A stretch of 64,000 nt of DNA, taken from NCBI GenBank assembly GCA_035384565.1, contig DAOOIT010000011.1, forward strand, positions 51,282 through 115,281. The letters are read 5' to 3'. The notes under the pieces are model-generated. The model was not told where the DNA came from and ran no database searches. It saw nothing but the letters and a program-made list of their open reading frames with translations. Within the stretch, counting starts at the first letter, position 1. Every line of letters starts with the position of its first letter. Made by a program: the position numbers and the translations under genes. Positions 62,455 through 64,000 of this stretch are shown here, one piece after another. This DNA is from Planctomycetota bacterium. GTDB lineage: Bacteria; Planctomycetota; PUPC01; DSUN01.

Positions 62455-63322
62455 TTTGGTCGCGGTCCAGGGCCTTGTGAGGTCCCTCGGCCCAGCGGCG
62501 GGAGAAGACCAGGGCCAGGCCATAGGCCACCAGGCCCACGGCCAGGCCCGCCGCCACGTCGGTGACCCAGTGGATGCCCAGGTAGAGGGTCGAAAGCACG
62601 TTCGCCACGGCGAAGAACGTGATAAGCGCGGCGAAGCGCACGTTGCCCAGGTGCCAAGTGATCAGAGCCATCGTCACCGCCAGCGACGTGTGGAAGCTGG
62701 GGAAGCAGTTGTCGAGCCCGCTCATCGCGCGGTAGGCCTGCATCACGGCGGGGTGGATGTCGTCGAGCAGCAGCCGCACGGCCTCGGTCCCCACGTCGTG
62801 CCGATAGTAGTGGAACACCTCGCGCACAGGCAGCCACAGGTAGCAGGGCAGCACGAGCAGGTAGTTGGCCAGATAACCGATGAGCAGCATGGCCAGGCCG
62901 CGGCGATAGCGCAGGTGGTCGAACACGAAGAGCACGACGAACACGATGCAGGGGAACACGACGACGTAGACGAAGCCCAGGAACCACGTGCAGGGCGGGC
63001 ACGCGAGGCTCTGCTGGAGACTGGCTACGACGGCGCCCTCGAGGGCGTGGACGTCGGCCGTGTAGTCGTGCCCGCGGGCGGCGACCACCGAGGCCGTGAG
63101 CCGCTGGTCCACGCCCAAGTGCAGATAGGCGTAGTTGGCGAGCAGGATGGAGAGGCAGGCGGCGAGGTAGAGCGCCCTGCGGCCGTTGCGAAGGGTGCGC
63201 CACGCGGAACTGGCGGCGATGCGCCACGGCGCCACGCCGGGCACCGCCACCCACACGAAGAGCAGGATCGTGCCGACCATCAGCGCGGTCTCCACGACCC
63301 TGGCCACCAGCGTCGCGCTCAT
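62447..63322 (-). CDS. PAP2-superfamily membrane phosphatase/phosphotransferase
   Basis: CFPSFHTS and GIHWVTDV (PAP2 motifs C2/C3). Polytopic. ATG 63322 follows GAAGGAG. Confidence 0.75.
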   Translation of the reverse strand: MSATLVARVVETALMVGTILLFVWVAVPGVAPWRIAASSAWRTLRNGRRALYLAACLSILLANYAYLHLGVDQRLTASVVAARGHDYTADVHALEGAVVASLQQSLACPPCTWFLGFVYVVVFPCIVFVVLFVFDHLRYRRGLAMLLIGYLANYLLVLPCYLWLPVREVFHYYRHDVGTEAVRLLLDDIHPAVMQAYRAMSGLDNCFPSFHTSLAVTMALITWHLGNVRFAALITFFAVANVLSTLYLGIHWVTDVAAGLAVGLVAYGLALVFSRRWAEGPHKALDRDQRG

Positions 63323-63412
63323 GCGTCTCCTTCGGCTGTTGTCGAGCAAGCCACACTTCGGACCGCAATCTTATAGTCGAAATCGCCGCGCGATGCAAAC
63401 GAGGGAGGCGGG

Positions 63413-64000
63413 CTAGCGGGTCTTCTTCGGGGCATCCTCGTGGAGGTAGAAGCCTGGCGCCGTGGCGCGCAACGCGCCGCTGGTGAGGAGCGCCTGGGGC
63501 AGCGGCTCGGGGGCCGACGCCGCGCCCGGGGTGAAGGCCGCCTCGAAGCTCACCGCGGCCTCGCCGCCCGGGGGCACGAGGATGGCCTGCCGCATGGGCT
63601 CGATCTTCCAGCAGGGGTTGGCGATCTCCCACGCCAGCTCGCCTCGAAGCTCGCGCTCGTGGGGGTTCTTCAGCGCGAAGGCCAGGCGCTGGCGCTGCTC
63701 GCGGCCCGGGAGGAAGGTGAAACGCAGCTTCTCGAAGCGGCGGATGTAGCCCAGCAATTCCACGTCGGCGGCGGGGAGGAACTGGCCGAAGTCCCGTCCG
63801 CCGTCTCTCTTGGCGAAAATGGCGCGGTCGAGCACATCGGCGTTGTCGGCGATGGCGGTGAGCCGGAGTTGCCCCGGCGTAGCCTCGAACAGGCAGAAGT
63901 GATGGCGGCTCGCGGCGCGGGCGGTCCAGGCCTGGGGCGTCGCCGCGCCGAGCGGCTGGCCGCCGCCGCCCGAGACGATCTGCGCCAGGGCGCGCCCCGG
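63413..64000 (-). CDS. Hypothetical protein, 3' part (5' end outside window)
   Basis: The frame stays open from the window edge (64000) through the track ORF 63413-63835 with no stop. No family recognised. Confidence 0.5.
   Translation of the reverse strand, partial: PGRALAQIVSGGGGQPLGAATPQAWTARAASRHHFCLFEATPGQLRLTAIADNADVLDRAIFAKRDGGRDFGQFLPAADVELLGYIRRFEKLRFTFLPGREQRQRLAFALKNPHERELRGELAWEIANPCWKIEPMRQAILVPPGGEAAVSFEAAFTPGAASAPEPLPQALLTSGALRATAPGFYLHEDAPKKTR

Overview
GC-rich bacterial chromosomal window; third codon positions are almost all G/C. The gene content (WD40 Ser/Thr kinase, FGE/SUMF1-domain proteins, TAT-signal Gfo/Idh/MocA oxidoreductases, PQQ-like propellers, many glycoside hydrolases/lyases) looks like Planctomycetota/PVC or a related candidate phylum, but the phylum cannot be fixed from sequence alone. 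I call about 55 protein genes and one tRNA-Arg(CCG). Housekeeping genes: argH-argG, pyrB-pyrC, a pseudouridine synthase, an IMPase, a GT28 glycolipid synthase plus PAP2, and an L,D-transpeptidase. Carbohydrate genes: GH78, a GH5-like protein, GH29, GH4, a DUF4091 protein, heparinase-like and PL22-like proteins, and three URO-D-like paralogues. Also present: two toxin-antitoxin pairs, a RAYT transposase flanked by REPIN doublets, and at least four further families of palindromic repeats, one of which sits in frame inside a kinase gene. Two regions stand out. (i) nt 1-5464 is a RiPP-like cluster: a 75-aa Cys/Ser/aromatic-rich precursor behind a near-consensus promoter, a radical SAM/SPASM maturase, two translationally coupled GAF + prodomain-less subtilase cassettes, and an ABC exporter carrying a cNMP-binding domain. 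(ii) nt 5549-12273 is an ATGA-coupled two-gene operon: a class III nucleotidyl cyclase fused to a Ser/Thr kinase, a TM helix and WD40 repeats, followed by a protein with two cNMP-binding domains and a patatin phospholipase domain. This has cyclase-plus-nucleotide-gated-effector logic. The two regions converge, so cNMP/GAF sensor modules are concentrated in the first 12 kb. Many long ORFs in the supplied track are antisense or off-frame shadows typical of high-GC DNA and were not called. Family names are recalled from motifs seen by eye, not from searches. Coordinates of non-ORF features were cross-checked against the reading frames of overlapping track ORFs.
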